Positions 50,927 to 53,796 of a DNA stretch of 53,796 nucleotides are shown here, in pieces. Both the position numbers and the translations under genes were made by a program. Positions within the stretch are counted from its first letter, which is position 1. Each line of letters opens with the position of its first letter. The notes below the pieces were generated by a model. It saw only the letters and a list, made by a program, of their open reading frames with translations. It was not told the DNA's origin and did no database searches. Origin of the DNA: a virus (taxonomy: Duplodnaviria; Caudoviricetes); the IMG/VR virus record IMGVR_UViG_3300044820_000029, positions 1 through 53,796 of that record; one strand, written 5' to 3'.

Positions 50927-51865
50927 CTATTTTGCACACGCCTTCACGAATTCTGTCGCTTGCGCGAGGTTGATCGCGTTGCCGTAGGCGCGCAGTCGTC
51001 CCACTCTTGAGGTAGCCCCATGAGCCAGCGGGAATGTGCCGGGTTCAACTGACCGCCATTTGTCATCCCGGCAGAGCAGCCAGTCGCAAGTTGACCAGAA
51101 GCCGTTAGTCGGGCCGGGCCGGTCACACCCGTCACCAGGGCTTGCGTCGTGCGGCTGCTGTCCGTGTTCCCCGCCGCGTTGTAGCCCTTCTGCGCTGGTG
51201 TCCCGGCCATGGGCGTCGGCCAGCCCGCAAGCACCACTGATGCACTCAACGGTTTTCCTCTCGGATGGTCCCACCGTTCCCGGTTGAATTCGTCCGATGC
51301 AGTCTCGCTTTTCCAGTCTCGAGCCGCCGGCGTCGGCCAGCCGCTCCGCTGTCCAATACAATCGCTGTCGGATGTGCGGCGCACCGAAGCCCGCAGAGCA
51401 GGTATCGACCGCCCCGAAGGCGTAACCCTCGCCTTCCATGTCAGATTGAATAACGTCGAGCCAAGCAAGTCCGTCCTTGCTCGCAACCTGTTCGCCAAAG
51501 CATCGGACAGGGCGGAGGACTTTGACGAAGTGGTGGACGAACGGGCGTAAGTACCGCTCGTCAGCAAACCCAAGTCCTTTGCCTGCTGCGCTGAAAGGCT
51601 GGCAAGGTTCTGACCATGTCCAGACGGGTTCGGTGTCAGCAACGCCGGCGTCGCGTAGCGCTCGGCTCCAAACCCCAATCCCCGCGAAGAAATGGACTTG
51701 CGTAAAGCCGCGAAGATCCGCCGGTCGGAGGTCAGTAATCGAGCACTCAAGGACAACGCCTGGTGCAATGAGTTCCCTTTGTATAAGATTTCGGAGCCAC
51801 GCGACGCAGTAACTATCGATTTCGTTGTATGCTGCACCGAAATTACCCCGGTTGATGTTCGACAC
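50927..51865 (-). CDS. C5-cytosine DNA methyltransferase, alpha polypeptide (start uncertain)
   Basis: YNEID, FFAGIG (I), PCQPFS (IV), GEQV (VI), GAPHIRQRLY (VIII), YGNAI (X). Confidence 0.9.
   Translation of the reverse strand: MSNINRGNFGAAYNEIDSYCVAWLRNLIQRELIAPGVVLECSITDLRPADLRGFTQVHFFAGIGVWSRALRDAGVADTEPVWTWSEPCQPFSAAGKGLGFADERYLRPFVHHFVKVLRPVRCFGEQVASKDGLAWLDVIQSDMEGEGYAFGAVDTCSAGFGAPHIRQRLYWTAERLADAGGSRLEKRDCIGRIQPGTVGPSERKTVECISGACGLADAHGRDTSAEGLQRGGEHGQQPHDASPGDGCDRPGPTNGFWSTCDWLLCRDDKWRSVEPGTFPLAHGATSRVGRLRAYGNAINLAQATEFVKACAK
50944..51837 (-). CDS. Alternative-frame beta polypeptide of the C5 MTase (true start probably internal)
   Basis: Open frame nested in the MTase gene, with WPTP repeats and the motif IX-like GQLNPAHSRWLMGLP. 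Confidence 0.7.
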   Translation of the reverse strand: MQHTTKSIVTASRGSEILYKGNSLHQALSLSARLLTSDRRIFAALRKSISSRGLGFGAERYATPALLTPNPSGHGQNLASLSAQQAKDLGLLTSGTYARSSTTSSKSSALSDALANRLRARTDLLGSTLFNLTWKARVTPSGRSIPALRASVRRTSDSDCIGQRSGWPTPAARDWKSETASDEFNRERWDHPRGKPLSASVVLAGWPTPMAGTPAQKGYNAAGNTDSSRTTQALVTGVTGPARLTASGQLATGCSAGMTNGGQLNPAHSRWLMGLPQEWDDCAPTATRSTSRKRQNS

Positions 51866-52442
51866 GTTCAAGTTTCCTTCTGGCGTTCGCACGCCGCAGA
51901 CCGTCGTGCATCGCTGCTATGTGTTCGGGTGTTCGCTTTGGTTTGGCACGACGCTTCGCTGCCTCTGACATCTTTCGGCGATGTTCTTCGGACAGGACTT
52001 TCCCGACGTGCTTTTTGCTGATCTTTTCGCGTGACTCCGGCGAATGTTTTCTGCCGCGGCCGGCTTCTGAGATCAGACGTTTGACTTCGTCGGTGTGTTT
52101 GCGGCCACGATTCTTTTCCGAAACAATGGCGCGAGTTTCTGGACTCATTCCGCTTGTGCCGTCACCACCTGCTGTTAAATTATATCCGTTCGGTGCGCGC
52201 GTATTTAGAGCAACAATAAACGCACGTTCCAGAGCGCAAAGCATCTTTCGCGTGGTTGCGGTTGCCAACACACGAATCACAAAACGGTCTGCGCCGTGCT
52301 TTCGGATGGCGTTGTACAGAGCGGTTTTGACACCCATTCGCGCGCACTGGCGATGACCACGCCATCTTGTGGCGAGATCGCTTTTCGTTATCCCGACGTA
52401 CTTTTTACCGTTGACTGTGCAGGTGATGAGATAGACGAACAT
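51843..52442 (-). CDS. GIY-YIG homing endonuclease with NUMOD3 repeats
   Basis: MFVYLITCTVNGKKYVGIT...LERAFI...PNGYNLTAGG, GRKHTDE, GRKHSPE. Confidence 0.9.
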   Translation of the reverse strand: MFVYLITCTVNGKKYVGITKSDLATRWRGHRQCARMGVKTALYNAIRKHGADRFVIRVLATATTRKMLCALERAFIVALNTRAPNGYNLTAGGDGTSGMSPETRAIVSEKNRGRKHTDEVKRLISEAGRGRKHSPESREKISKKHVGKVLSEEHRRKMSEAAKRRAKPKRTPEHIAAMHDGLRRANARRKLERVEHQPG

Positions 52443-52474
52443 AGCCCCAAACCTACCCACCGCACGGTTTATTG

Positions 52475-53796
52475 TCAACCAGCAACCGCACCAGAACGAC
52501 GAACCACGCCCGGCCGTCCCAGCGCATCCACATGCGGCATGAACCGAACCCCGATCTTCGGAATATCCGCCGGCCTCACGTCGGGACCGCGCACCCAAAC
52601 CTTCGCACGCGCACCGCCGATCATCGGGCTATCCTGTCGGAAACCCATGTTGCGCATGATTCGGCCTCGTACGCTGGTCGGCATGCCGCGGGAATTCAGT
52701 TTGTCCGTGAGGTAAATCAGATCCGCCGCGGTGACGTAAGAGACGGTGGATTGATCAGCGCCGAACCATTCGGCCAGCACGATCTCAGCGTCCGATTGCG
52801 TGCGCGCGGCTTCCTGGTGTTCGGCAGCGGTCGACCAAAGCGTGCGAGGAATGGCGAAGTCATCGCCTTTACCTTCTAAGTAAGCAGCCTCGCCGATCAA
52901 CTGATCCTTGTTCGATGCCAACCACGCCAGATCGATTTCGGATTTGATCGGGACGGGCAGGAACCGACGATTGCCTGTCGTGTCCGTCAACGGTTCGTCC
53001 TCGTTTGTCGTACCGATGAAAATATTGCGCCGCGGCCGTTCCGTGACCGCTCGAGCATAAGCCGTGCGGCCCGCGTCGACCTGTCGCGATAGCATCGCCT
53101 TCATGTGCGCGGTGTTCGCGCTGCCGCGCACGCCCATTTCCGACACTTCGACCACTGTCTTGCCGGCGAGGGACAAGACCAGCTCTTTCGTGGCGTCGCC
53201 GAACATGATGGAATCGGAAAACCAATCGCTGTCGATCGCGAGCAGGCTGGCAAGGGTCGACTTTCCCGACCCTTGGAAACCGTACAGCACCACCATGGTG
53301 TCGTGTTTGCAGCCGGGGTGCCGTATCCTGCGAACCATACCGCCTATGATATTTCGCCCCACCGCCTGGTAATACGGCTCGCAGGGCAGGCCACAGACGC
53401 GGGTCAACCACGTCATCAGGCGTGGTTGGCGGTCCCACTTAGCCTCAAGGGTAGTGAGCCGACCCAGCGCCGGATCGATCGTATTTTCATGCGCGATACT
53501 GATCAGCGATTCCCAAAAGAAATCCTTGCCCGGCCGGAACCGCGTTTTCGTCCGGTTCGCACGGGTCCGCAACTTCGCCACGATCGCGTCGTCCAGATAT
53601 GTCCAGTCCCGCCACGTCAAGCCCGGATCGCTGCCGCCCTTGACCTCCATCCGCTCGAGCCACGCATTCCAGCGCAGTTCGATATCCAGCACGCCGAGCA
53701 GCACCGCCACGTTGTCCGAATTGTCAAACTCGGGCAGACCCTTGTTATCATAGATCCAGTCGTCTTGCTTGACGAAATGCCGTTCGACGTTGTCCG
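52475..53796 (-). CDS. Primase-helicase 3' part (VirE/VapE ATPase plus C-terminal domain), second allele
   Basis: GFQGSGKS, VEVSEM, FIGTTN, TGNRRF; open to the window end. Confidence 0.92.
   Translation of the reverse strand, partial: DNVERHFVKQDDWIYDNKGLPEFDNSDNVAVLLGVLDIELRWNAWLERMEVKGGSDPGLTWRDWTYLDDAIVAKLRTRANRTKTRFRPGKDFFWESLISIAHENTIDPALGRLTTLEAKWDRQPRLMTWLTRVCGLPCEPYYQAVGRNIIGGMVRRIRHPGCKHDTMVVLYGFQGSGKSTLASLLAIDSDWFSDSIMFGDATKELVLSLAGKTVVEVSEMGVRGSANTAHMKAMLSRQVDAGRTAYARAVTERPRRNIFIGTTNEDEPLTDTTGNRRFLPVPIKSEIDLAWLASNKDQLIGEAAYLEGKGDDFAIPRTLWSTAAEHQEAARTQSDAEIVLAEWFGADQSTVSYVTAADLIYLTDKLNSRGMPTSVRGRIMRNMGFRQDSPMIGGARAKVWVRGPDVRPADIPKIGVRFMPHVDALGRPGVVRRSGAVAG
52993..53796. repeat. Terminal direct repeat, copy 2
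   Basis: Colinear with 1-804. Confidence 0.95.

Larger units (their letters stand above)
3202..52479. promoter_or_regulatory. Dispersed 13-bp palindrome GTTKAYWRTMAAC, 23 copies (operator and/or -35 element)
   Basis: Exact matches start at 3202, 3711, 3803, 6325, 10405, 16499, 18838, 21587, 30436, 32321, 36922, 40570, 41866, 43053, 46608, 47136, 48575, 49361, 50912 and 52467. One-mismatch copies at 4617, 28991 and 45569. All but 18838 lie at gene boundaries. Confidence 0.93.

Noticed and set aside
3202-52479. Palindrome as an integron attC core, FNR/FixK box or alphaproteobacterial LexA box
   Set aside because: Geometry does not fit: attC has RYYYAAC...GTTRRRY around a long hairpin, FNR is TTGAT-N4-ATCAA, and alpha LexA is a GTTC-N7-GTTC direct repeat.

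Overview
The window is an apparently complete, circularly permuted ~53 kb tailed-phage genome (siphovirus-like, about 60% GC by eye). Positions 1-804 re-occur at 52993-53796, so the unit length is ~52,992 bp. The host is very likely an Alphaproteobacterium, because the phage carries a CtrA homologue. Modules: (1) replication: Prim-Pol/PriCT/VirE primase-helicase split across the contig ends, DUF2800 exonuclease, DUF2815 SSB, family A polymerase, VRR-NUC, SF2 helicase and an AT-rich iteron-bearing candidate origin; (2) three DNA methyltransferases; (3) four free-standing homing endonucleases; (4) lysis: holin, SAR-type lysozyme and spanins; (5) a full head and tail operon. I saw no catalytic integrase, cI-type repressor, tRNA or CRISPR array. 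The most notable features are: a CtrA homologue that keeps the DNA-binding domain but has lost the phospho-acceptor pocket, sitting next to an RlpA-like gene, with CtrA-like boxes in the main control region and an FtsZ-tail-like motif in an early protein (together a possible cell-cycle hijack system); a 13-bp palindrome GTTKAYWRTMAAC in 23 copies that doubles as a -35 element and as the stop codon of six genes; a stand-alone integrase arm-binding domain plus AlpA/Xis-like genes without a recombinase; a free-standing copy of the primase C-terminal domain beside the candidate origin; and an M.EcoHK31I-like C5 methyltransferase encoded in two overlapping frames. All calls come from reading the sequence by eye. 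No searches or computations were run.
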